DNA from: a virus
Lineage: Duplodnaviria > Caudoviricetes
Length of the DNA: 64,000 bases
Virus record (IMG/VR): IMGVR_UViG_3300021082_000020
Location: 1-64,000 of that record
Strand: one strand, 5' to 3'
Shown: positions 17,164 to 25,063 of the stretch, one piece after another
Position numbering within the stretch: position 1 is the stretch's first letter
Layout of the letters: each line of letters opens with the position of its first letter
Translations under genes and position numbers: made by a program
Notes under the pieces: generated by a model
What the model saw: the letters and a program-made list of their open reading frames with translations, nothing else
The model's database searches: none
Told to the model about the DNA's origin: nothing

Positions 17164-17814
17164 ATGCTGATTAAAGACGCGATCGCGATCGCCGGACCAT
17201 TAGGCTACCCATCAAAAATGCCCGGCACAAGCTATGGCATCAGCGCCAAAGCTTGCATCACCGGCGCCAAATTGAATCTAGTTGAGGGTTCAACATGCCA
17301 TGGATGCTATGCGCTTAAAGGCAATTACATCTATCCAAGCGTAAAGATGGCGCACGAAAAGCGTATCGCCGGCATTGCTCATGAGCAATGGGTTAACGCA
17401 ATGGTGGTGCTGCTAAAGGCTGCACACAAGCCACGCAAAGTAGGTTTGCCGTTGTCGGCCCATCATCGCTGGCATGATAGTGGCGACTTGCAATCAGAGA
17501 CTCATCTGGCCCGCATTTGTGAAGTAGCAGCACAGACTCCAGAATTGTCACACTGGCTTCCCACGCGCGAAATTGGAATCCTGTCCCGTTTCATCAAAAA
17601 CGGCGGCAAGGTTCCGGCGAATCTGACAATTCGCGTTAGTGCAACAATGGTGGATGGCGCCGCAACAAAGGCGTGGCCGATTACATCCACAGTGCATCAG
17701 CACGAAACCGCGCGCGGTCACGTATGCCCGGCGCCCGAGCAGGATAACAATTGCGGCGCATGCCGTGCATGCTGGTCACAGGATATCCCTAACGTTTCCT
17801 ACCATAAGCATTGA
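17164..17814 (+). CDS. GP88-family Cys-rich (Fe-S) protein
   Basis: SKMPG..C..C..CYA, RWHDSGD, HWLPTRE, CPA..C..CRACW; AGGAAA RBS before ATG at 17164. Confidence 0.75.
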   Translation: MLIKDAIAIAGPLGYPSKMPGTSYGISAKACITGAKLNLVEGSTCHGCYALKGNYIYPSVKMAHEKRIAGIAHEQWVNAMVVLLKAAHKPRKVGLPLSAHHRWHDSGDLQSETHLARICEVAAQTPELSHWLPTREIGILSRFIKNGGKVPANLTIRVSATMVDGAATKAWPITSTVHQHETARGHVCPAPEQDNNCGACRACWSQDIPNVSYHKH

Positions 17815-17822
17815 TTGCAGTG

Positions 17823-17852
17823 CATGCCGCGCGGACTAATCCGCGCGGCATG
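17823..17852 (+). other. Perfect 13-bp stem-loop in the early transcript
   Basis: catgccgcgcgga-ctaa-tccgcgcggcatg; no U-tract follows. Confidence 0.7.
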
Positions 17853-17888
17853 AGCGGCCATCATGCCGAAAACAGAAAAGGATCGAAC

Positions 17889-18083
17889 ATGAAAACGCCA
17901 ACACCTATCGACGCGCTAGAAGTGCGCATTGCGGCCAATATTACATCCAGCCGTGAATTAAACCACGGCCGCGTGCAGTGGTTTATTGAGGCAAAGGGCT
18001 TTGCCCATGCCGGACATGGTGCCACCGCGGCCGCGGCCGCGCACGATTTTCTAATCCGTAATCACCTGGAATCGGAGGGTTAA
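17889..18083 (+). CDS. Small early protein
   Basis: AAGGA RBS; packed in early operon. Confidence 0.55.
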   Translation: MKTPTPIDALEVRIAANITSSRELNHGRVQWFIEAKGFAHAGHGATAAAAAHDFLIRNHLESEG

Positions 18084-18275
18084 ATGCGCACAATCAAAAT
18101 CGCACAAGCTTTCCCGCATTGGGCAGCATCGTTCGAACCCGGAAACCCATGGACAATGCCGGCGGAAGGCTACCTGCCGTTACCCTATGCGGTGTTCAAA
18201 ACCTCATGGCCACAGCTGCAGAAAAAGCTAGCCAAACAATACCCGGGCTGTGTGCTCGAGCCCATGGCCAAGTAA
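18084..18275 (+). CDS. Small early protein
   Basis: GGAGG RBS; abuts previous stop. Confidence 0.55.
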   Translation: MRTIKIAQAFPHWAASFEPGNPWTMPAEGYLPLPYAVFKTSWPQLQKKLAKQYPGCVLEPMAK

Positions 18276-18311
18276 CTGGCGATTTTTTCCGAAAACATGA
18301 AAGGACAGAAT

Positions 18312-18593
18312 ATGAAACGCACCCCACGGCCAGGCACCAAAGCTTGGAAAGTGTTTATTGCGAACGCCATGGCCAAGGCGCCGGCCAATCGCACGCCGCA
18401 GGAAGTGGTAGCGATACGTAAGGAAACCACAGGCAGCGTAATGCTAACTGAGGTCGACCGCTTTGCCGCGGCACGCGAACTAGGTAAACGCGCGGCCGCA
18501 GTAGGCTACCCCGCAACCGATAATCCATTCGCCACGCCGGCCATGCAAGCCGCATGGGAAACCGCACGTCTTGAAGCCCTGAAAGGCAACTAA
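18312..18593 (+). CDS. Small early protein
   Basis: AAGGA RBS; ends in NPF..AAW motif. Confidence 0.55.
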   Translation: MKRTPRPGTKAWKVFIANAMAKAPANRTPQEVVAIRKETTGSVMLTEVDRFAAARELGKRAAAVGYPATDNPFATPAMQAAWETARLEALKGN

Positions 18594-18594
18594 C

Positions 18595-18954
18595 ATGAAA
18601 CTAAAACAACCGCCGGCCATTCGCTACATAGTCCGCGACAAGGCCACCCAAGGCTGCGACTTCCTGATGTGGGGCGACAATGACCCCGCCGCGGCAAAAT
18701 ACACCCTGGACCAGGCCCTGGCCGATAGCCTCGACGTCGAGCTGGTCACCATGCCAGCCGACGATATGGACGAGCACACGCGGCGCCTAATCGAAGGCGA
18801 GCAACCCTGGATGATTCGCTACTTCAACGCCGATGATGTGCCGGCGGACTGTCACCCTGATTTTTTCGCAACGCAATCCGCAGCATTAGCTGAAGCACCG
18901 CGGTTCATGGCCACCCTCAATTGGGCCACCCGGTTCGAGGTATACCGATCATGA
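18595..18954 (+). CDS. Early hypothetical protein
   Basis: 119 aa coupled to neighbours. Confidence 0.6.
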   Translation: MKLKQPPAIRYIVRDKATQGCDFLMWGDNDPAAAKYTLDQALADSLDVELVTMPADDMDEHTRRLIEGEQPWMIRYFNADDVPADCHPDFFATQSAALAEAPRFMATLNWATRFEVYRS

Positions 18955-19250
18955 GCCTGTCAGACACAGCCAAGGGCGCCCTCGCGGGCGCCTACGCTTC
19001 CCGCGGGCGTCACCGCGGCCAGCTGCTAGCCCGTTGCCCCAAATCGCACACGCTCGCAGCCGCGGCCTGGCAGGGTGCCATGCTGGTATGCAACCCGTAT
19101 CAAGTATCGATCGGCGCCGTGTTGTTCATGACCGCAGAGCAGCGCGCCATACTCGAGGAGGTGCGCGCCCACTTCGAAACCCTGCCGCGCGAGTACCAGG
19201 TGCTCGCCCAGCGCGATCGCGAAGCCCTCGAACGGCTCGGAGTATGGTGA
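18951..19250 (+). CDS. Early hypothetical protein
   Basis: ATGA overlap with upstream gene; GAGG RBS. Confidence 0.6.
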   Translation: MSLSDTAKGALAGAYASRGRHRGQLLARCPKSHTLAAAAWQGAMLVCNPYQVSIGAVLFMTAEQRAILEEVRAHFETLPREYQVLAQRDREALERLGVW

Positions 19251-19627
19251 TGGCTAAATATTGTAAATTGGCAGTGGACCGTGAAATTAGAAAAACCGAC
19301 GCCACTGCGGACGAGGCCAGCAAAATCCACCGCCTATTATCCGGCCGGCATGAGCAAAGGCCGCAGCCGAAACCGCTGGCGGAAAAATCCGCCAGCAGGC
19401 CAGGGGGTAAAATCGGCCGGCGGGCTAAGCCCGCCATGTCCAAGGATAGGTTCCTGGCTGGGATTGCCGCGCTCGGCCACAACGTCAACACCGCCAACCA
19501 ACTATTGGGCATTGGCCGGTCGACCATCTATCGGATGGCCAGCGGCCAGGCTGCAGTGCCACCCGTGATCGCCCGCCTGATGGACATGTACGAGCGGCAC
19601 GGGATCCCGCCGGAGCACCAGCCATGA
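19250..19627 (+). CDS. HTH DNA-binding protein
   Basis: C-terminal MSKDRF..LG..NTANQLLGIGRSTIYRMASG..VP HTH pattern. Confidence 0.7.
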   Translation: MAKYCKLAVDREIRKTDATADEASKIHRLLSGRHEQRPQPKPLAEKSASRPGGKIGRRAKPAMSKDRFLAGIAALGHNVNTANQLLGIGRSTIYRMASGQAAVPPVIARLMDMYERHGIPPEHQP

Positions 19628-19746
19628 GCCTGCTCGGTATCATCCTCGGCGTAGTCAATTATGAGAACGCCGGCGGCATCGAGGCTGCCCTGTCTGCGGT
19701 CGCGGTCATAGTCTTGATTGCACTCTGCCGCACGGAAGGGGGTTAG
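19624..19746 (+). CDS. Possible 40-aa hydrophobic peptide (not in ORF track)
   Basis: Hand translation MSLLGIILGVV..AVAVIVLIALC; ATGA overlap. Confidence 0.3.
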   Translation: MSLLGIILGVVNYENAGGIEAALSAVAVIVLIALCRTEGG

Positions 19747-19756
19747 CCGGCCGGAG

Positions 19757-20027
19757 GCTATGGACCCTATGGACCCTAGTTGGGGGGGTAACAACAGATA
19801 TATAAAAAGATGTTTTATATGAATCCTTTTAAATATAGGGTCCATAAGGTCCACACTTGGGCGTTATGCGTATGAAATCAATCGTTTACTTATGGCCCGG
19901 ACTATGGCCCGGAAGGCTACTATGGACCCCTACTTTAGGGTCCATAGGATCATTTTCATAGTGTTTTGCCACATTTCACCCGTTGTGCCACCCCTATGGA
20001 CCCTGAAATTCATTTTAGGGGTCCACA
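19757..20027. repeat. Putative replication origin with TATGGACCC iterons
   Basis: About 10 direct and inverted TATGG(A)CCC-like copies, AT-rich tract, IHF consensus at 19876-19888; immediately 3' of the helicase gene. Confidence 0.7.
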
Positions 20028-21473
20028 CTATTCGGTATCGTTTTTGACTGCCCGCAGCACCGTCTGGATGTCGTCGATTGGACCCCATTTGGCTGCATGC
20101 TCACGCCGCCCGGTCTCGTTCAACGCATCGGCCGCGGCCGCCCGGCTGCGGAAGCAGTACAGGGTGTAGCGCCGCTTGCTGATCAGGATCTTCGCTTTAC
20201 CCCTGCCGCTCGATAGTTTCACTGGCGTACAAAACGTGGCGAAGGCGCCGGCCAGCTGCCCCTGCCAGGTTGTGTCGCGCCGGCCGATCCGCTCGCCGTC
20301 GCCATTGACGTGCGTGTCGATCTCCCGCTCGAGCGCCGGCTTGGTGAACACCAACCCTCGCTCGTCATCCTCGGCGTAGTCGGTCAGCAGGTGCTCGACA
20401 TCGTTGAGGGCGAGGTCGGCCATCTCGTCCTTTTCCTCGGTATGTAGTGGCCGGAACATATCGAACTGGGAGAGGTCGCTAGTCTGCTCCAGGTAGGTAG
20501 CCAGCGCAGCGATGTTGGCCGGCTTGTTCATCCACGCATCAAGCTTGTCGGCTTCCTCCTTGGTCATCGGCCGGCCGTTGCGCAGCACCGAGATCCGCCG
20601 ATCGTTAGCGGGAATGGCCGCGGCATTGATGTGGTTGGTGAATACCATCAGCGAGTTGAACGACATCGCGTCGAACGCTTGCAGGCGTTTGACTTTGAAC
20701 GTGCGCCGCCGCGGCGCCGGGTCGATACAGTTCTTCAGCGCCGTGTACACACTGCGCTTTTCGCCGGATCGATAGGCGGTCGGCGAGGTGTGCGCCTCGT
20801 CGACAATGGTCAGCACGCTGTATGCCTGCCAGTCCGTATACACCGCCTGCGACGAGGTGCCGGTGATGATGCTGAAGTCCTCGAACTTGCAGTAGGTCTC
20901 GCCCAGTAGCTTGGCGCATATCTTGCCAAACATGCCGCGGCCGACGCCGAAGGTGTCATTGGCCACATGCCACGGCGAGGTGCCGGGGATCTCCGGGTGC
21001 AGCCACTTATGTGCCAGCCAGTCCAGCTGCCAGTCGCGCTGTACAGCATCAGGCAGGAACCGATGCATGAAGTCCTCGAACGGCGCGATATCGCCAGTGC
21101 CGTCGTCGACATGGACCGGCCTGCGGTAGATATTCTTGAACACTTCGCCGTCTTCTATGTAGGTCGGGAAGTTCTTGTCCGGCCGCATCCGCACGCCGGC
21201 GATGCTCTCGCGCCGCGGATGCATCTGCCAGGCCGTAGTCGCCGAGATCTTCTTCGGCTTGCCACTCTGCTGCGGCTGCAGCTCAAACCAGGAGGCGTAC
21301 TCGGTCTCGAACGCTTTGAGGCCCATGCTGCAGTAGGCGCTCGGCTCGTACAGCATGATCACCCGATCGGCCCGGGAATCAAAGCCGTGCGTCCGCACCA
21401 GCCACTCGATCTTGTCCTTGATCGGGTCGGTCTCTTTCGGCTTGGCCGGCATCGGCTTGGCAAACGTCACCAT
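20028..21473 (-). CDS. Primase-associated helicase (DUF5906/NrS-1-like SF3)
   Basis: LDWLAH..HP, GVGRG Walker A variant, IVDE Walker B, VFTNH..DRR; GGAGG RBS before ATG at 21473. Confidence 0.8.
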   Translation of the reverse strand: MVTFAKPMPAKPKETDPIKDKIEWLVRTHGFDSRADRVIMLYEPSAYCSMGLKAFETEYASWFELQPQQSGKPKKISATTAWQMHPRRESIAGVRMRPDKNFPTYIEDGEVFKNIYRRPVHVDDGTGDIAPFEDFMHRFLPDAVQRDWQLDWLAHKWLHPEIPGTSPWHVANDTFGVGRGMFGKICAKLLGETYCKFEDFSIITGTSSQAVYTDWQAYSVLTIVDEAHTSPTAYRSGEKRSVYTALKNCIDPAPRRRTFKVKRLQAFDAMSFNSLMVFTNHINAAAIPANDRRISVLRNGRPMTKEEADKLDAWMNKPANIAALATYLEQTSDLSQFDMFRPLHTEEKDEMADLALNDVEHLLTDYAEDDERGLVFTKPALEREIDTHVNGDGERIGRRDTTWQGQLAGAFATFCTPVKLSSGRGKAKILISKRRYTLYCFRSRAAAADALNETGRREHAAKWGPIDDIQTVLRAVKNDTE

Positions 21474-21475
21474 GA

Positions 21476-22447
21476 TCACCCCTCCCAGGATTGCTTGAAG
21501 TCCTGCGCCACTTCGAACAGTTGCTGCTGCAGTTCGCGATCCTCTGCCGGCGACAGCGATTCCCAACGATGTGACACGCCGGTCTTGGTATCCCACAGTG
21601 TGAGCCCGGCGCCGCCGGAGTGATTGACCAGCACCCGATCGCGGGTCTTGGATGCCTTATCCCAGATGTTGGCGTAGCCTTTGATCCGCGTCACACCGGC
21701 GCGCTTCTCCAGCTCGGACAATTTGATATGTTCGCCATCTGACAGCACCATCACGTCATCTGGTTTGAGATCATACACCCGATCGCCGGGCAGATGCGCG
21801 TGCTCGGTTTTAATCTGCTCGAGCCCGAGGTCGACCATCACCTGCTCGCACTCGCCAATCATCGAAGGGATGTCGATCTCGGGAAACCATGGCAATGATT
21901 CCAGCGGCGCTTCGAGGATTGAGCGTCCCTGGTAGCCGTAGATACGACCTGGTGAGTGATAGCCATGTACCGCGACATACCGTTTGTCGTTGCCGGTGAA
22001 GTACTCGACCAGGTGCGGTTTCTCTTCCTTGGATTTAAACCGTGCTGTCCAGCGCCGCTTGCGGGCGGTAGCGCACTGGCCGATCAGCGCCAGTGTTGTG
22101 CTGCCGGAGGTCCGCCGCAGGCACTGCGCCATGAAGTCCGGCCAGCGTTGTGCCAGACAGCGCATCAGCGCCTGCCGCACATCCAAATCACGCACGTCGA
22201 GGTCGATGATGAAACAACTCGACCCAAACATGCGTATGCCGGCGGTTTTGCCGCTCCACCGCTCGATCGCGGCGTCGTCATTGGGTTGGCTAGGCCAGCC
22301 GCGGAATGGCCCGTCGCGGCCGCGCAGTGGGATCACATCATAGCCGTTGTCGCGGATTTTGCGCCATATCTTGCGGTATTCATGCGCTGGCTTCGGCTGC
22401 AGCGGTATCGCTTGCGCCGTCTGGCCGGGATGGTATTGATTGCTCAC
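21476..22447 (-). CDS. Bifunctional primase-polymerase (Prim-Pol) domain protein
   Basis: GYDVIPL..GW, GIR, IIDLDV (DxD), G.HS..Y motifs; AGGAG RBS before GTG at 22447. Confidence 0.7.
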   Translation of the reverse strand: MSNQYHPGQTAQAIPLQPKPAHEYRKIWRKIRDNGYDVIPLRGRDGPFRGWPSQPNDDAAIERWSGKTAGIRMFGSSCFIIDLDVRDLDVRQALMRCLAQRWPDFMAQCLRRTSGSTTLALIGQCATARKRRWTARFKSKEEKPHLVEYFTGNDKRYVAVHGYHSPGRIYGYQGRSILEAPLESLPWFPEIDIPSMIGECEQVMVDLGLEQIKTEHAHLPGDRVYDLKPDDVMVLSDGEHIKLSELEKRAGVTRIKGYANIWDKASKTRDRVLVNHSGGAGLTLWDTKTGVSHRWESLSPAEDRELQQQLFEVAQDFKQSWEG

Positions 22448-22504
22448 TGGTTTAGCTCCTCTGGGGTTGCACTGGTCACCTAGGGATGGGTGGGACTGCA
22501 CTTA

Positions 22505-22533
22505 AGCCGGCAGGGTTTCGCCCCCTGCCGGCT
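22505..22533. terminator. GC-rich hairpin, possible intrinsic terminator
   Basis: agccggcaggg...ccctgccggct 11-bp stem at the end of the VRR-NUC gene. Confidence 0.45.
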
Positions 22534-22536
22534 ATT

Positions 22537-22824
22537 TCATTTCAGCAACACGTCAATATCCGCTGAGTTCTTCACGATCGCAATCGCTACCCCTAGCTCG
22601 TTAAATCGCTCATGCCACAACATCTGGTGTGCCGCCGTGCGGCCGCCCCTAGGCCGCTTCACTTCGACGAATACCACGCGGCCGCCGGGCAGGGTCACCA
22701 GCCGATCGAAGAACCCGCGCCGCCCCAGCACAGTAACTTTAACGCATTCGCCACCAGCGGCCTCGACCCGCTCGCGCAGTTCGCGTTCGATTTTATTCTC
22801 TCTCACAGATAATTTGACAGCCAT
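22537..22824 (-). CDS. VRR-NUC nuclease (resolvase-like); start may be GTG at 22806
   Basis: RE..IE..GG..K..G..DRL...FVEVK..G..Q. Confidence 0.85.
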   Translation of the reverse strand: MAVKLSVRENKIERELRERVEAAGGECVKVTVLGRRGFFDRLVTLPGGRVVFVEVKRPRGGRTAAHQMLWHERFNELGVAIAIVKNSADIDVLLK

Positions 22825-22870
22825 CGCGATCTATGCCCTGTTGTCTGCAGCAAACAGAACAGAGGATAAC

Positions 22871-24136
22871 ATGTCTCTTCACTCCAATATTGTCGGCGGC
22901 TCGACCGCTGACCGTTTATTGAATTGCCCCGGCAGCTTTCAGCTGCTGCAGCGGATCCCCGACCAGGCCGAGATGCCGAGCGAATATGCCGACTACGGCA
23001 GCGCCATGCATGCGGTCATGGATGGTTTGATGACGCTATATGCCGACGGCTTTCCGAGCATTGAGCATATGTTCGAAGATGCCGAGCACATGCTCGATAG
23101 TACCTTCTACGATCGTGTGCTCGAGCAGCACCACCTCGATGATTCGATCTTTCCGGCGATCGAGTCCTTGTATGAATTGATGAACGAATACGGTGGCGGA
23201 TTCCATGTTGCCGCCAATGAGTTGCGGGTGAAATTCCCGGGCGTGCCGGGCGCTTTCGGCACCGCCGACCTGTTACTGGCGAGCAAGAAATTCGTGCTGA
23301 TGGTCGACTGGAAATTCGGCGCCGGCGTGCCGGTCAAGGCGGTTTACAAGGACGAGCACGGCGAGCGGGTGAATCCGCAATTGTTGTTCTATTTCGCTGG
23401 CGCCATGGAGGAGCTGCCCTCCATGTTCAATAAGAAGCGGTACGCCGTGGCAGTGATCCAGCCGCGCACCACCGAGCGCCTGACGCATACCGTCATCACC
23501 CGTACCGAGATCGATATGTTCATTGAAGATATGGACTTAGCGATCATCGCCGCGCTCGGTAAAAACCCCAAGCTGCACGCCGGCGAGCACTGCCGTTGGT
23601 GTCCGGCCCGGCCGTGTTGCCCCGAGCACACCAAGCCGCTGTTTGATCTGGTCAACATGGAAATCATGCCGGCGCAGTTGACTGCTTCCGTAGTCGACGA
23701 CGGTAACGCGGCCGCTTACGGTGAGTTTCTGGCTAAGGCCAAGTACCTGGCCGATCTGGCCGCCGAATATAAAAAGCAGGTGGATGAAGCAATCCACAGC
23801 TATTTGTCGAACGGCGGCACTGTGCCGGGTTGGAAGCTGAAGCAGAAGACCAAATTACGCCAGTGGATCGATAGCGACACCGTCGCCTTCAACTTGAAAC
23901 GATTAGGTTTTGAGGAAGAAGATATCTGGCAGGACAAGCTGCAAACCTTCGGCCACGTCGACCGGGTTGCCAAGCGGCTCGGCGTCAAGATTCCCGACAC
24001 ATTGCGCGCCGCACCCGAGACCGACGAGACCGTGATCGCACCGGAGAGCGATCCGGCGCCGGCGATCGATCGCGCCAAGGCGACCCTCGAGTTCGCCGCG
24101 GCGCTCAAGCAATTGCGTCACGAACAAAATCCGTGA
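22871..24136 (+). CDS. DUF2800/Cas4-like PD-(D/E)XK exonuclease
   Basis: HS..GGSTA.R..CPGS, G..MH, FGTAD, VDWKFG, QPR, HCRWCP; GAGGA RBS. Confidence 0.85.
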   Translation: MSLHSNIVGGSTADRLLNCPGSFQLLQRIPDQAEMPSEYADYGSAMHAVMDGLMTLYADGFPSIEHMFEDAEHMLDSTFYDRVLEQHHLDDSIFPAIESLYELMNEYGGGFHVAANELRVKFPGVPGAFGTADLLLASKKFVLMVDWKFGAGVPVKAVYKDEHGERVNPQLLFYFAGAMEELPSMFNKKRYAVAVIQPRTTERLTHTVITRTEIDMFIEDMDLAIIAALGKNPKLHAGEHCRWCPARPCCPEHTKPLFDLVNMEIMPAQLTASVVDDGNAAAYGEFLAKAKYLADLAAEYKKQVDEAIHSYLSNGGTVPGWKLKQKTKLRQWIDSDTVAFNLKRLGFEEEDIWQDKLQTFGHVDRVAKRLGVKIPDTLRAAPETDETVIAPESDPAPAIDRAKATLEFAAALKQLRHEQNP

Positions 24137-24203
24137 CACAATACCTGGCCGGTTTTGGTATTTGCGCCGGTCACTAGAACTGAACCCGAAAGGACACGCG
24201 AAA

Positions 24204-24983
24204 ATGAATGAGATTGCAAAACGTAACCTTGGTTCGACAGCACTGTCGCTGCCGGACGACCTCGCCGACCGGCTGCTAGCTGGCATTGAGGACAGCCAGG
24301 CCACCACCCTGGTAGCCGGCGGCGGCAAGGATCTGATCAAGCTCTCCAAGAACGACGGCACCTGGAATATCGGCCAGGCCGACGAGCCGATGCAGGTCGG
24401 CTCCAAGTGGTGGATCAATGTCGTATCGATCTGCCACGGCTTCATCTGCTGGTCCAATTACCAAGGCAGCCGCAAGAATGAGCGGCTCGGCGAGGTGATG
24501 GTGCCGATGTACGAGCCCAAGCCGCAGAAGCCCGGCCCGATCGAGGGCTTCCCGTTCCAGGAGCAGCGCAGCTTTGAAGCGGTGTGCTTGAACGGCGAGG
24601 ATGAGGGTGCCGAGGTCCAGTTCAAGAACGGATCCGTTGGCACCATGAAGGGCTTTAAAAAGCTCGAGGATGCGGTCAAGGCCCAGCTCAGGACCGACCG
24701 TAAATTCCCCTGTCCGGTGATCCAATTCAAGTCGGAGAAATACAAGCACTCCGACTATGGCTGGATCTGGAACCCGGTGTTCGAGGTGGTCGACTGGGCC
24801 GACATGCAGGGCAACCTGAAGTCGGAAGGCGGGGCCGAGGCTCCGGCCGAGCCCGATGCGCCGAAGCCGGCGCCCGCGGCGGCCGCGGCCAAGCCCCGCA
24901 CCAAGCCGGCGCTGGTTGAGGATGCCCCTACTGCCGAGGCTGCGCCTCGGCCGGCGCAGCGGCGCCGTCCGCCAGCGGCTTAA
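24204..24983 (+). CDS. Putative single-stranded DNA-binding protein
   Basis: Between nuclease and polymerase; PCPV..Y.H..YG.I..PVFEVV.W; flexible C-tail. Confidence 0.6.
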   Translation: MNEIAKRNLGSTALSLPDDLADRLLAGIEDSQATTLVAGGGKDLIKLSKNDGTWNIGQADEPMQVGSKWWINVVSICHGFICWSNYQGSRKNERLGEVMVPMYEPKPQKPGPIEGFPFQEQRSFEAVCLNGEDEGAEVQFKNGSVGTMKGFKKLEDAVKAQLRTDRKFPCPVIQFKSEKYKHSDYGWIWNPVFEVVDWADMQGNLKSEGGAEAPAEPDAPKPAPAAAAAKPRTKPALVEDAPTAEAAPRPAQRRRPPAA

Positions 24984-24992
24984 TCGTTGCAA

Positions 24993-25025
24993 CGGGGGGT
25001 GGCTGAAAACCACCCCCCGGTTTGT
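24993..25025 (+). terminator. Intrinsic terminator-like hairpin after SSB
   Basis: cggggggtgg-ctgaaaa-ccaccccccg then gtttgt. Confidence 0.55.
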
Positions 25026-25063
25026 GGACACCTCTTCCCTTCCATCCCGGGGAATGCCCTGCC

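Noticed and set aside
19757-20027. Mini CRISPR array
   Set aside because: Repeats are ~9 bp, in both orientations and irregularly spaced
22871-24136. Cas4-like nuclease as a sign of CRISPR-Cas
   Set aside because: No array or other cas genes; nuclease-SSB-PolA is a standard phage replication context
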